From Clostridiales bacterium (lineage in GTDB: Bacteria; Bacillota; Clostridia; Christensenellales; Christensenellaceae), in the NCBI GenBank assembly GCA_015056045.1, contig SVGZ01000007.1, positions 10,866-74,865 of the forward strand: DNA of 64,000 nt, written 5' to 3'. The position numbers and the translations under genes were made by a program. The notes beneath the pieces were generated by a model, which was not told where the DNA came from, ran no database searches, and saw only the letters and a list, made by a program, of their open reading frames with translations. Shown piece by piece: positions 26,968-37,085 of this stretch; the stretch's first letter is position 1; the number at the start of each line of letters is the position of its first letter.

Positions 26968-28018
26968 TAAAATTCGGATAAGCGTTTTTGGTGAATCGCA
27001 TGGCGAAGCCATCGGTACTGTGATCGAAGGGCTTCCCGCAGGATTCAGAATTGATATGGAAAAGCTCGGTGATTTCCTGAAAAGAAGAGCACCCGGCGGA
27101 AAATACACAACAAAACGTAAAGAAGCAGATGAACCGAAGTTTATTTCGGGGCTTATGGATGGCGTCACAACAGGCGCTCCTTTAACGGCACTCATTTATA
27201 ACACAAATACCCGTTCGGGCGATTATGCCAAATTAAAGGAAATCCCTCGTCCTTCTCATGCAGATTATCCTGCCTATGTGAAATTCGGCGGATTTAACGA
27301 TATCCGCGGTGGCGGTCATTTTTCCGCAAGGATAACAGCGCCTCTCTGCATCGCAGGCGGTATATTGCTGCAGATGCTTGAGGAAAAGGGAATTCACATT
27401 GGATCTCATATCTATGAGATCGCCGGTGTTCCCGATGAAGCTTTTGATCCGATGCTGTGTGATTTGGAAAAGCTTCACGCAGCCGGAAAAAAAGATTTTG
27501 CCGTTCTTGATGACGATGCAGGTGAGAAGATGAAAGAAAAAATCGCCTCCGCAGCACTTGCCGGTGATTCCGTCGGCGGTATCATCGAATGTGCAATTCT
27601 GGGTCTTCCTGCAGGGCTTGGCGATACGCTTTTCTCCGGTCTTGAGGGAATGATCGCACAGGCGGTTTTTGCGATTCCTGCGGTCAAAGGGCTTGAATTC
27701 GGTGCAGGTTTTGCTGCTGCTAGAAAAATGGGCTCGGAAAATAACGATCCTTATGCCTATATCGATGGGGAAGTGAAAACACTCAGCAATAATGCCGGCG
27801 GTATTCTTGGCGGAATTTCGACAGGTATGCCGATCATCTTCCGTGCAGCATTTAAGCCGACGCCTTCCATCGCAAAGGAACAGAATTCCATCAATTTAGC
27901 AAGCAAAGAAAATGTTAAGCTGGCGATCACAGGGAGACATGACCCTTGTGTAGCCGTGCGTGCAGCAGCCATTGTTGAAGCCGTTGCAGCCGCAGCCATC
28001 GCCGGGCTTGTTTTATAA
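26951..28018 (+). CDS. aroC: Chorismate synthase
   Basis: FGESHG, RPSHADY, GGGHFSAR and GRHDPCV motifs. ATG at 26951 follows ACAGGAGG. Confidence 0.95.
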   Translation: MSFYGDKIRISVFGESHGEAIGTVIEGLPAGFRIDMEKLGDFLKRRAPGGKYTTKRKEADEPKFISGLMDGVTTGAPLTALIYNTNTRSGDYAKLKEIPRPSHADYPAYVKFGGFNDIRGGGHFSARITAPLCIAGGILLQMLEEKGIHIGSHIYEIAGVPDEAFDPMLCDLEKLHAAGKKDFAVLDDDAGEKMKEKIASAALAGDSVGGIIECAILGLPAGLGDTLFSGLEGMIAQAVFAIPAVKGLEFGAGFAAARKMGSENNDPYAYIDGEVKTLSNNAGGILGGISTGMPIIFRAAFKPTPSIAKEQNSINLASKENVKLAITGRHDPCVAVRAAAIVEAVAAAAIAGLVL

Positions 28019-28037
28019 ATTTAAAGAGGTAAAAAAT

Positions 28038-29177
28038 ATGGGACTTTTGGAAATCCGTGATAAGATCAATACAGTTGATGACCAGTTATTGAAACTTTTC
28101 CTTGAAAGAATGGAACTTTCGAGAGAAATTGCCGAAGAAAAGATAAAACAGAATCTGCCGATCCTCAATACAAAGAGAGAAAGAGAAGTATTATCCCGTA
28201 TCAGCGCCAATTCCGGCGATATGGATGGCTATGCACGCATCCTTTTCTCGACATTGTTTGAGCTTTCCCGTTCCTATCAGGGCAGCTGCATGGGCACCAC
28301 AAAATCCAAGCTTGCTGAAAAGATCTATGCTGCGCTTGATGAAACACCGAAGCTTTTCCCCGCAAAGGCTGTTGTTGCCTGCCAGGGTATCGAAGGCGCA
28401 AATTCGCAGCAGGCTTGCGACAGAATGTTCTCTTTCGCAGATATCATGTATTTCAAAAATTTCGAAGGCGTTTTCAATGCTGTTGAAAAAGGTCTTTGCG
28501 AATACGGTGTTCTTCCGATCGAAAATTCCGCACACGGTTCTGTAAACGATGTTTATGACCTCATGCAGGGTCATAGTTTCAATATCGTCCGCAGTATCAA
28601 GCAGCATATTACCCATAATCTGCTCGTACTCCCGGGAACGAAGCTTTCCGATATCAAGGAAGTCATTTCTCATCCGCAGGCAATCGGTCAGTGCAGCAGC
28701 TTCATTGCGAAAATCGGTGCAAAATCGACCTACGTGGAAAATACTGCCGTTGCAGCCGAAATGCTCGCAGGAATGGGCAGAAGGGATGTTGCAGCGATCT
28801 CTTCCGAAGAATGTGCGGCGATGTATGGCCTTGAGATCTTAAAAGGCAATATCCAGAATACAGACAATAACTATACGCGCTTCATCGCAATCTCCAAAAA
28901 GCTGGAGATCTATCCCGGTTCGAGCAAGATCAGCCTCATGTTCACCACGACAGATACACCCGGTTCTTTATCCCGTATCATGTCCAGATTTTCTTCTATC
29001 GGCGTAAACCTTTCCAAGATCGAAAGCCGCCCGATGAGCGGATCGGATTTCAAATATGTCTTCTATACAGACCTCGATGCTTCTGTTTACTCCGAAGAAG
29101 TCATCAAGCTGCTTTCCGAAATGGAACGTGAGCTGAAATTCTTCGTCTTCCTCGGCAGCTATCAGGAAATCGTATGA
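28038..29177 (+). CDS. pheA: Bifunctional chorismate mutase / prephenate dehydratase
   Basis: N-terminal AroQ-type CM (LEIRDKINTVDDQLLKLF), PDT domain (ENSAHGSV, TRF) and a C-terminal ACT domain (PGSL...NLSKIESRP). Confidence 0.92.
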   Translation: MGLLEIRDKINTVDDQLLKLFLERMELSREIAEEKIKQNLPILNTKREREVLSRISANSGDMDGYARILFSTLFELSRSYQGSCMGTTKSKLAEKIYAALDETPKLFPAKAVVACQGIEGANSQQACDRMFSFADIMYFKNFEGVFNAVEKGLCEYGVLPIENSAHGSVNDVYDLMQGHSFNIVRSIKQHITHNLLVLPGTKLSDIKEVISHPQAIGQCSSFIAKIGAKSTYVENTAVAAEMLAGMGRRDVAAISSEECAAMYGLEILKGNIQNTDNNYTRFIAISKKLEIYPGSSKISLMFTTTDTPGSLSRIMSRFSSIGVNLSKIESRPMSGSDFKYVFYTDLDASVYSEEVIKLLSEMERELKFFVFLGSYQEIV

Positions 29178-30397
29178 AATACGCACTTATCGGCCGCACG
29201 CTTGGGCACAGCTATTCCGTTCCGATTCATGCCGGTTTCGGAAACAGCGATTATATCTTAAAAAATCTTGAACCCGAAGCACTTGAAGGATTCATCAAAG
29301 GGAGAGATTTCTGCGGTCTCAATGTAACGATCCCGTATAAACAGGCAGTCATGCCTTTCCTTGATGAAATTGATGCTTCTGCTCTTGCGATCGGCAGCGT
29401 CAATACCGTTGTCAATAAAAACGGCAAGCTCTATGGCTATAATACCGATATTGACGGAATGCGCCTGCTGGCAAAAAAAGCAGGTATTGCGCTTTCGGGG
29501 AAAAAAGTTCTTGTCTTAGGCAGCGGCGGAACTTCCCTTACGGCAAGAGCTTTGGCAAAAAGTGAAGGCGCAAAAGTGATCCTTGTCGTTTCAAGAAGCG
29601 GTAAGGTCAATTATGACAATGTCTATGACGAAAGCGATGCGGAGATCATCATCAATACAACGCCCGTGGGCATGTTCCCGAATAACGGAAAAGCAGCTCT
29701 TGATTTAAGCCGTTTCCCGAAATTGACAGGCGTTCTCGATGCCGTTTATAATCCGCTGAAAACAGAACTGATCTTAGAAGCGGAAAATTTAGGTATTCCT
29801 GCTGCAGGCGGACTTTTCATGCTCGTTGCGCAAGCAAAAAGAGCAGAGGAGCTTTTCTTTGATAAAGTGATCGCCGACGAAGAAAATGAGCGTGTCTATC
29901 GTATGCTGATGCAGAGCTTCCGCAATATCGTTCTGATCGGTATGCCCGGCTGTGGGAAAACGACCGTTGGGAAAGCCCTTGCAAAAAAACTCGGCAGAGA
30001 ATTTGTTGATATAGATGCTTTGATTGAAAAGAATGCAAAAAAGAGTATTCCCGAGATCTTCGCGGATGACGGCGAAGATGTTTTCAGACAGTTTGAAACG
30101 GAAGCTGCCATCGAAGCCGGCAAAATGACGGGTAAGATCATTGCCTGTGGCGGTGGGATCGTCACAAGGGAAAGAAACTATCGACCGCTGAAACAGAATG
30201 CTCTGATCGTTCGCCTTGTGCGCAGTCTGGATAGGCTCGCAATGGATGGCAGACCGCTTTCTTCTTCCCGCGAAAAACTCACAGAAATGCAGAAGGAAAG
30301 AGAACCGCTCTATCTGCGATTTGCCGATGTCAGCTTTGAAAATGATACAACGATCGAAGACCTGACGGAAAAGATCCTGGAGGAATTTAACAAATGA
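29174..30397 (+). CDS. aroE/aroK: Fused shikimate dehydrogenase / shikimate kinase
   Basis: N-terminal SDH (GHSYSVPIH, NVTIPYK, NTD.DG) and a C-terminal kinase of about 170 aa (GMPGCGKTTVGK, GGG). ATGA overlaps on both sides. Confidence 0.9.
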   Translation: MKYALIGRTLGHSYSVPIHAGFGNSDYILKNLEPEALEGFIKGRDFCGLNVTIPYKQAVMPFLDEIDASALAIGSVNTVVNKNGKLYGYNTDIDGMRLLAKKAGIALSGKKVLVLGSGGTSLTARALAKSEGAKVILVVSRSGKVNYDNVYDESDAEIIINTTPVGMFPNNGKAALDLSRFPKLTGVLDAVYNPLKTELILEAENLGIPAAGGLFMLVAQAKRAEELFFDKVIADEENERVYRMLMQSFRNIVLIGMPGCGKTTVGKALAKKLGREFVDIDALIEKNAKKSIPEIFADDGEDVFRQFETEAAIEAGKMTGKIIACGGGIVTRERNYRPLKQNALIVRLVRSLDRLAMDGRPLSSSREKLTEMQKEREPLYLRFADVSFENDTTIEDLTEKILEEFNK

Positions 30398-30828
30398 AAA
30401 TTCTTGTGATAAATGGTCCAAATATCAATATGCTGGGAATCCGTGAAAAGGGTATTTACGGAAAAGAAGATTTTGATTATCTGATCAATTTGATCGAAAA
30501 GACCTGTGCTGAAAATGAAATTGAAGTTGAGTGCTTCCAGTCCAATCATGAAGGTGCGATCGTCGATAAGATCCAGTCTGCTTACGGAAAATTTGATGGC
30601 ATCGTCATCAATCCCGCTGCTTATACGCATACAAGTGTTGCGATCCTCGATGCCTTAAAAGCCGTCAGTATTCCTGCTGTTGAAGTGCATATCTCCAATG
30701 TCTATGAGAGAGAAGCTTTCCGCCATATAAGCTATGCCGGCATGGCCTGCGAAGAGCATATGATCGGCAAAGGTCTTAATGGCTATGTCGAAGCGATTTT
30801 ATACCTCAAAAATAAATACGGAAACTAA
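30394..30828 (+). CDS. aroQ: Type II 3-dehydroquinate dehydratase
   Basis: INGPNINMLGIRE, the QSNHEG motif, INPAAYTHTS and HISN motifs. Confidence 0.95.
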   Translation: MKILVINGPNINMLGIREKGIYGKEDFDYLINLIEKTCAENEIEVECFQSNHEGAIVDKIQSAYGKFDGIVINPAAYTHTSVAILDALKAVSIPAVEVHISNVYEREAFRHISYAGMACEEHMIGKGLNGYVEAILYLKNKYGN

Positions 30829-30833
30829 AAATG

Positions 30834-30860
30834 AAAGCGCTCCAAACGGGCGCTTTTTTA
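30834..30860 (+). terminator. Intrinsic terminator of the aro operon
   Basis: AAAGCGC-tccaaacgg-GCGCTTT, followed by TTTT. Confidence 0.7.
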
Positions 30861-30980
30861 AATTATTGCTGTTTGAAAGAAATAAGCTTCCTCTTGTAAA
30901 TCGCTTGTCTAAACGGGAAAAAAGTTATACAATATATTTGTGCTTCTATGCATTCAACTTGTACATCAGCGGAGGAGATT

Positions 30981-32462
30981 ATGAAAAACATTCCTGAAGT
31001 GAAGCTTGGCGTCATTGCTGTCAGCAGAGATTGCTTCCCGATCACGCTTTCCACAAAGCGCAGAGAAAGGCTTGTCGAAGCGTTCAATGCGAAATACGGC
31101 GAGATCTATAACTGCAAAACAACAGTCGAAAATGAAACCGATATGCTGAAGGCAGTTGCCGATGTAAAAGAAAACGGTGTCAATGCTCTGGTCGTTTTCC
31201 TTGGCAACTTTGGTCCGGAAACACCCGAAACGCAGATCGCACAGTATTTTGATGGTCCTGTCATGTATGTCGCAGCTGCTGAAGAAGATATTGCTGTTTT
31301 ATCCTCCGAAAGAGGCGATGCTTATTGCGGAATGCTCAACTGTTCCTATAACCTTGGCCTTCGCAGGATCAAAGCCTATATTCCCGAATATCCCGTTGGC
31401 ACAGCTGAAGAAGTTGCCGATATGGTTGCGGAATTTGTTCCCGTGGCAACGGCACTGCTCGGTATCTCCAGCCTCAAAATTATTACATTCGGCCCGAGAC
31501 CGCAGGATTTCTTTGCATGCAATGCTCCGATCAACCAGCTCTATGAACTTGGTGTAGAAATCGAAGAAAATTCCGAACTCGATCTTTATGAATCCTATAA
31601 TGCACACGAAGGTGACCCGAGGATCGCTGATGTTATGGCAGATATGGCCGCTGAACTTGGCGATGGCAATAAGATGAGCGGTATTCTGCCAAGGCTCGCA
31701 CAGCTCGAACTTACGCTTCTCGATTGGGCAGAAGCACATAAAGGCAGCAGAAAGTATGTCGCATTTGCCAATAAGTGCTGGCCGGCTTTCCAGACGACAT
31801 TCAAATGCGTTCCCTGCTATGTCAACTCCCGCTTAACAGCAATGGGTATTCCCGTAGCCTGCGAAGTTGACGTCTACGGCGCACTTTCCGAATATATCGG
31901 AACCTGCATTTCCGGAGCACCTGTAACGCTGCTCGATATGAACAACACAGTTCCGAAGGAACTCTATGATGCAGAGATCAAGGGCAAATTCAACTATCGT
32001 CTCCGTGAGACATTCATGGGCTTCCATTGCGGAAACACGCCTATGTGCCGTCTGGCAAAAGGTGAAATGAAATATCAGCTCATCATGAAGCGCTCCCTTG
32101 AACCGGATAGTGAACCCGACATCACGCGCGGTACACTCGAAGGCGATATCGCACCCGGAGACATCACCTTATACAGACTTCAGGGTGCTGCAGACGGCTC
32201 ACTCAGAGCTTATATCGCACAGGGCGAAGTTCTTCCCGTTCCGACACATTCCTTCGGCGGTATCGGCGTAATGGCGATCCCCGAAATGGATCGTTTCTAT
32301 CGTCATGTTCTCATCGAAAAGCGTTATCCGCATCACGGCGCATTCGCTTTCGGCAAATGGGGCAAAGCGATCGACTCCGTATTCCGTTACCTTGGCGTAA
32401 AGGATATTGCCTATAATAAACCTGCCGGCAGCCTTTATGAAACGGAATGCCCTTTTAACTAA
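30981..32462 (+). CDS. L-fucose/L-arabinose isomerase family protein
   Basis: 493 aa. ATG follows GGAGGAG. The KLGVIAVSRDCFP N-terminus and overall architecture resemble the COG2407 sugar isomerase family. Substrate unknown. Confidence 0.6.
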   Translation: MKNIPEVKLGVIAVSRDCFPITLSTKRRERLVEAFNAKYGEIYNCKTTVENETDMLKAVADVKENGVNALVVFLGNFGPETPETQIAQYFDGPVMYVAAAEEDIAVLSSERGDAYCGMLNCSYNLGLRRIKAYIPEYPVGTAEEVADMVAEFVPVATALLGISSLKIITFGPRPQDFFACNAPINQLYELGVEIEENSELDLYESYNAHEGDPRIADVMADMAAELGDGNKMSGILPRLAQLELTLLDWAEAHKGSRKYVAFANKCWPAFQTTFKCVPCYVNSRLTAMGIPVACEVDVYGALSEYIGTCISGAPVTLLDMNNTVPKELYDAEIKGKFNYRLRETFMGFHCGNTPMCRLAKGEMKYQLIMKRSLEPDSEPDITRGTLEGDIAPGDITLYRLQGAADGSLRAYIAQGEVLPVPTHSFGGIGVMAIPEMDRFYRHVLIEKRYPHHGAFAFGKWGKAIDSVFRYLGVKDIAYNKPAGSLYETECPFN

Positions 32463-32492
32463 TCAACAATATCGAAAGGATATCAAATAACT

Positions 32493-33494
32493 ATGTATGT
32501 AGCAAATGAAAACAGATATGACAAGATGTTATATCGTCGCTGCGGCAAGAGCGGTGTACTTCTCTCTGCTGTCGGTCTTGGTTTCTGGCACAACTTCGGC
32601 GTAACCGCTTCTTTCGAAAACTGCACGAATCTCGTTCGTACAGCATTCGATCTTGGCATCACCTATTTTGACCTTGCTAACAACTATGGTCCTTATGATG
32701 GTTATGCAGAAGAAACATTCGGCAAGATCCTCGAAAAGGATATGAAGCCCTATCGTGATGAAATGTTCATCGCAACAAAAGCCGGTTACTATATGTGGCC
32801 CGGTCCTTATGGCGATGGCGGCAGCAAGAAATACCTCGTTTCTTCCCTCGATCAGAGCTTGAAACGCATGGGTCTTGACTATGTAGATCTCTATTATCAT
32901 CACAGACCCGATCCGGAAACACCCATCGAAGAAACAGCTGACGCTCTTGCAGGCATCGTTCGCAGCGGCAAGGCTCTCTATGTCGGTATTTCCAACTACA
33001 CACCCGAACAGACAAAGGCTATCGTTGATGAGCTCGCAAAGCTTGGCGTACACTGCCTGATCCATCAGCCGAGATACAACATGTTCAACAGAACAGTTGA
33101 AGAAGGACTCTATGATGTTTTAGCACAGGAAGGCATGGGCGCAGCTCCGTTCTGCCCGCTCGCACAGGGTCTCCTCACAAACCGTTACTTCAACGGTATT
33201 CCGGAAGATTCCCGCGCAAACGGCCATTCCAGATTCTTAACATCTGAATCCGTTACAGAGGAAAATGTTGAAAAAGCTAAGAAGCTCAACGTTATCGCTG
33301 AAAGAAGAGGCCAGACACTGGCTCAGATGGCTCTTGCTTGGAACCTCCGTACAGAAGTCACCACTTCCGTTATCATCGGCGCAAGCAAAACAAGCCAGAT
33401 CATCGACAATGTCAAGGCTGTTGAAAACGTTAAGTTCACAAAAGAAGAATTAGACGAAATCGACGCTATCCTTGGCAATACAAAGGTATTCTAA
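32493..33494 (+). CDS. Aldo/keto reductase (YghZ/L-glyceraldehyde-3-phosphate reductase-like)
   Basis: GLGFWHNFG, FDLANNYG and the DLYYHHRPD motif. Residues consistent with the AKR catalytic tetrad are present. Confidence 0.85.
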   Translation: MYVANENRYDKMLYRRCGKSGVLLSAVGLGFWHNFGVTASFENCTNLVRTAFDLGITYFDLANNYGPYDGYAEETFGKILEKDMKPYRDEMFIATKAGYYMWPGPYGDGGSKKYLVSSLDQSLKRMGLDYVDLYYHHRPDPETPIEETADALAGIVRSGKALYVGISNYTPEQTKAIVDELAKLGVHCLIHQPRYNMFNRTVEEGLYDVLAQEGMGAAPFCPLAQGLLTNRYFNGIPEDSRANGHSRFLTSESVTEENVEKAKKLNVIAERRGQTLAQMALAWNLRTEVTTSVIIGASKTSQIIDNVKAVENVKFTKEELDEIDAILGNTKVF

Positions 33495-33502
33495 GAACTA
33501 TA

Positions 33503-33536
33503 AAAAAGAGCAGGGTATAAACCCTGCTTTTTTGTT
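33503..33536. terminator. Bidirectional intrinsic terminator
   Basis: AGCAGGG-tataaa-CCCTGCT, flanked by A-run and T-run. Confidence 0.8.
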
Positions 33537-34114
33537 TATTCTTTTGAAAAAACCTTCATGCCGACGCCGTAATCATAAATCAGAATATCTTTTGGCATAC
33601 GCGAAAAGAGAACCGTCACATAAAGATCGCCAGCAGCTCCTGAAATATTAAAAGCCTGGATCAGGAAAACCACCCAGAACCATTCCGTGGGAACAAACAG
33701 CTGTACGATTAGAAGGACGATGCCCCAAAGGACGATCGGTGACAAAGCGATAAAAATATAAGCTTTTTTATTATAATAATCTTCGCTGCCTGCAAAAGCG
33801 TATTGCCCGACAAATCCGTATTTGACTTTCTTTGTTCCGCAGATCTTCATGGCGATCCCATGCACCATTTCATGGAGAACAATATAAAGAACCGAAAGGA
33901 TCAGCAGAGCAAAAAATCTGATCAGAAAAAGACTTTCTCCCTGTTCATAGGAGAATAACTCCGTGATAGGGATATAAAAATGCATCGGGACGATCATCAA
34001 AATGCTGATGACGATCGCAAGAAGGTTTACCGTAATGTTCGCTTTTTTATTTTTCTTCAGGTCGAGCGAAAAAATCTCTTCATATCTTTCGGGCAAAGCG
34101 CTGTATGCTTTCAT
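33536..34114 (-). CDS. DUF3267 putative membrane zincin peptidase
   Basis: Polytopic membrane protein with an HEMVHG (HExxH) motif in a hydrophobic context. Confidence 0.6.
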   Translation of the reverse strand: MKAYSALPERYEEIFSLDLKKNKKANITVNLLAIVISILMIVPMHFYIPITELFSYEQGESLFLIRFFALLILSVLYIVLHEMVHGIAMKICGTKKVKYGFVGQYAFAGSEDYYNKKAYIFIALSPIVLWGIVLLIVQLFVPTEWFWVVFLIQAFNISGAAGDLYVTVLFSRMPKDILIYDYGVGMKVFSKE

Positions 34115-34231
34115 TTGGAAATCTCCCTTTTCTCATATTCTTTGCTCATGATAACGCTTTTTCCTTTTCAAGTAAACATCTTTATAAAGAAAAAGACCTG
34201 CCGGTTAAAGCAGGTCTTTCTTATATTCGTC

Positions 34232-35197
34232 TTAGATTCTGTTGGAGCTGCCGAGAACGTTTGCGATCTTGTTCTTAACAACTTCTTTGACCATAGCACG
34301 TGCCGGTTTGAGGTACTGTCTGGGGTCGAAGTGAGACGGATTTTCTGCGAAGTGCTTGCGGATGGAAGCTGTGAGAGCAAGACGGAGGTCGGAGTCGATG
34401 TTGATCTTGCAGACAGAAAGCTTAGCAGCTTCGCGAAGCTGTTCTTCCGGAATACCGATAGCATCGGGCATTTCGCCGCCATACTTGTTGATGATAGCTA
34501 CGAGGTCCTGCGGAACGGAAGAGGAACCGTGGAGAACGATCGGGAACTGGGGAAGTCTGTTGCAGATTTCCTTGAGGATGTCGAAACGAAGCGGCGGCGG
34601 TACGAGGATACCCTTTTCATTGCGTGTGCACTGTTCAGCTCTGAATTTGTAAGCACCGTGGCTTGTACCGATAGCGATAGCCAGGGAGTCAACACCTGTC
34701 TTGGAAACGAATTCTTCAACTTCTTCAGGTCTTGTGTAGGAAGAATCTTCAGCGGAAACCTTGATTTCATCTTCTACGCCTGCGAGTCTGCCAAGTTCGC
34801 CTTCAACAACAACGCCTCTGTCGTGAGCATATTCAACGACTTTCTTTGTGAGAGCGATGTTTTCTTCAAAGGGAAGATGGGAACCGTCGATCATAACGGA
34901 TGTGAAACCGCCTTCGATGCAGGAAACGCATGTTTCGAAGCTGTCACCATGGTCGAGGTGAAGAACGATCGGGAGACCTGTTACGTCGACTGCTGCTTCG
35001 ACGAGCTTCTTCAGATATACAGGGTTAGCATAAGCTCTTGCGCCTTTGGAAACCTGAAGGATAAGAGGAGAGTTTTCTTCTCTTGCAGCTTCGGTAATAC
35101 CCTGGATAAGTTCCATGTTGTTTACGTTGAATGCGCCGATAGCGTATCCGCCTTCGTAAGCTTTTTTGAACATTTCGGTAGATGTTACGAGTGGCAT
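34232..35197 (-). CDS. fba: Class II fructose-1,6-bisphosphate aldolase
   Basis: GAFNVNN, LHLDHG, MIDGS, GTSHGAYK and LVLHGSSSVP-like motifs. Confidence 0.95.
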   Translation of the reverse strand: MPLVTSTEMFKKAYEGGYAIGAFNVNNMELIQGITEAAREENSPLILQVSKGARAYANPVYLKKLVEAAVDVTGLPIVLHLDHGDSFETCVSCIEGGFTSVMIDGSHLPFEENIALTKKVVEYAHDRGVVVEGELGRLAGVEDEIKVSAEDSSYTRPEEVEEFVSKTGVDSLAIAIGTSHGAYKFRAEQCTRNEKGILVPPPLRFDILKEICNRLPQFPIVLHGSSSVPQDLVAIINKYGGEMPDAIGIPEEQLREAAKLSVCKINIDSDLRLALTASIRKHFAENPSHFDPRQYLKPARAMVKEVVKNKIANVLGSSNRI

Positions 35198-35259
35198 AGT
35201 TTAGTCCTCCATATAAATTTATAAAGTCTGCTTTTTACGGCAGCTCATAATCCTTTACT

Positions 35260-35288
35260 ATTGTAGCAATTTCCACGCTTTTAAGCAA
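35260..35288 (-). promoter_or_regulatory. Sigma-A-type promoter for fba
   Basis: Minus strand: TTGCTT (35283-35288), 17-nt spacer, TACAAT (35260-35265). Confidence 0.5.
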
Positions 35289-35580
35289 GATAAATTTACC
35301 TGAAAACAAAAAAGCACAGCGTTGCGTATGGATTTTTGAAAATGGACCCGGTGCCAATGCCCGAATCAAAAATATTATAGCATTGAACGCCAAAATACTC
35401 AAACCTTTTTGCTCTTTATTTCACATTTTTGGTATAAAAAATACTGACAAGCGCATTATTCCCCAAAATACAAACTTGTATGACTTTAAAATAAACCTTC
35501 TCTTGTAAAAAGGCATAAAAGCGTATAAAATAAAACCATACGAATATGTATAATATTACCTTAACTGAAAGGGAAACAAA

Positions 35581-37068
35581 ATGGAACTGAAGAAATTGCA
35601 GAACGGAAGCGATATCAGAGGTATCGGTATTGAAGGAATCGAAGGGCAGCATGTCAACCTGACAGATGAAGCTGTTCGTGCATTTGGTGCCGCTTTCGCA
35701 AAATGGCTCGTCAATGATAAGAAAAAAGAAGCAAAGGATCTCCGCGTTCTCATCGGCCGCGACAGCAGACTTTCCGGTGAAAGGATCCGCACAGCTTTCG
35801 CAGAAGGTTTAAATTCCGAAGGCGTTCAGGTTTTTGATACAGGTCTTGGTTCGACACCGGCAATGTTCATGAGCACTGTTACGGAAGGCTACGAATTTGA
35901 CGGCGCTGTTATGGTTACCGCAAGCCATCTCCCGTTCAACAGAAACGGTCTTAAATTCTTTACCAATAAAGGAGGCTTCGGCAGCGGAGAAGTCAAGGAA
36001 CTCATCGCTATCGCTGAAGAACTCGGCGAAATCAAAGCAGAAGCTAAGGCAACGCAGATCGATTTCATGAGCGTTTATGGCAAGACACTCCGAGATAAGA
36101 TCATCGCAGGCACAGGTATGGAAAAACCCTTTGCAGGCATGAAGATCGTCGTCGATGCCGGCAACGGTGCAGGCGGTTTCTTTGTAGATAAGGTGCTCAT
36201 TCCGCTCGGTGCAGATACAGATGGCAGCCGCTACCTCGAACCCGATGGCAGATTCCCGAACCATGTTCCGAATCCGGAAGATAAAGCCGCTGCAGCAGCA
36301 ATTTCCGAAGCTGTTATCGAAAGCAAAGCGGATTTCGGTATCATTTTCGATACAGACGTAGACAGAGCAGCCGCTGTTGACAGACACGGCCGCGTATTAA
36401 ACAAAAACAGACTGATCGCTCTTATTTCCGCAATTCTCCTTGAAGAACATCCGGGAACAACGATCGTTACAGACTCCGTTACAAGCAACGGTCTTGCAGC
36501 ATTCATCGCTGAAAAAGGCGGCGTTCATCATCGTTTCAAGAGAGGCTACAAGAACGTTATCAATGAATCCATCCGCTTAAACAACGAAGGCACGGATTCT
36601 CAGCTCGCAATGGAAACATCCGGTCACGGCGCATTAAAGGAAAATTACTTCCTCGATGACGGCGCATACCTTATGGTTAAGCTCCTCATCAAGCTTGCGA
36701 TCGAAAAAGACAGACTCTTCGATCTTATCGCAACGCTTCCCGAACCGAAGGAAGAAAAAGAAGTTCGCATGAACATCCTCGTTGATGATTTCAAGAGCTA
36801 CGGACAGATGGTCATCGAAGAACTCGGCAAATTCGTTGCAGAAACCGACGGCTTAACGCTTGCACCGACAAACTATGAAGGTCTCCGCGTCAATACAGAT
36901 AAGGATCATGGCGATGGCTGGTTCCTTCTCCGTATGTCTCTGCATGATCCGCTCCTTCCGCTCAATATCGAAAGCGATTCCGAAGGCGGCGTAGAAAAAG
37001 CAGTCGAAATCATCAAAGGCTTCTTATCCCGCTTCGATAAACTCGATCTTTCGGGTTTCAATAAATAA
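35581..37068 (+). CDS. Phosphoglucomutase/phosphomannomutase family protein
   Basis: TASHLPFNRNG active-site serine loop, DTDVDR metal loop, ETSGH sugar-binding loop. Confidence 0.88.
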   Translation: MELKKLQNGSDIRGIGIEGIEGQHVNLTDEAVRAFGAAFAKWLVNDKKKEAKDLRVLIGRDSRLSGERIRTAFAEGLNSEGVQVFDTGLGSTPAMFMSTVTEGYEFDGAVMVTASHLPFNRNGLKFFTNKGGFGSGEVKELIAIAEELGEIKAEAKATQIDFMSVYGKTLRDKIIAGTGMEKPFAGMKIVVDAGNGAGGFFVDKVLIPLGADTDGSRYLEPDGRFPNHVPNPEDKAAAAAISEAVIESKADFGIIFDTDVDRAAAVDRHGRVLNKNRLIALISAILLEEHPGTTIVTDSVTSNGLAAFIAEKGGVHHRFKRGYKNVINESIRLNNEGTDSQLAMETSGHGALKENYFLDDGAYLMVKLLIKLAIEKDRLFDLIATLPEPKEEKEVRMNILVDDFKSYGQMVIEELGKFVAETDGLTLAPTNYEGLRVNTDKDHGDGWFLLRMSLHDPLLPLNIESDSEGGVEKAVEIIKGFLSRFDKLDLSGFNK

Positions 37069-37085
37069 GAGGAGGAAATTTTCGA

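Noticed and set aside
29789-30421. 210-aa ORF on the - strand, and similar 120-200-aa ORFs (12265..12786, 12991..13464, 17374..17943, 35809..36387, 58866..59456, 41080..41598)
   Set aside because: All lie antisense to, or out of frame within, confidently assigned genes (aroE/K, clpC, C_GCAxxG_C_C/Rsm22, the phosphohexomutase, EF-G2, the ABC exporter). None has a family signature.
30895-30909. cre-like (CcpA) site TGTAAATCGCTTGTC upstream of the sugar isomerase gene
   Set aside because: It does not fit TGNAANCGNWNNCA. The central CG is displaced by one nucleotide and the right half-site is poor.
33980-35224. 414-aa ORF on the + strand
   Set aside because: It is antisense to the clearly identifiable fba (34232..35197) and DUF3267 genes. 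The protein is low-complexity, Cys/Phe/Val-rich, with no motifs and no RBS. This is a typical shadow ORF opposite a strongly codon-biased gene.
35198-35580. 383-nt AT-rich intergenic region between fba and the phosphohexomutase gene as a possible sRNA or riboswitch locus
   Set aside because: It contains plausible divergent promoters, but I found no stable hairpin-plus-U-tract, conserved riboswitch core or SD-preceded small ORF. It is most simply a divergent promoter region.
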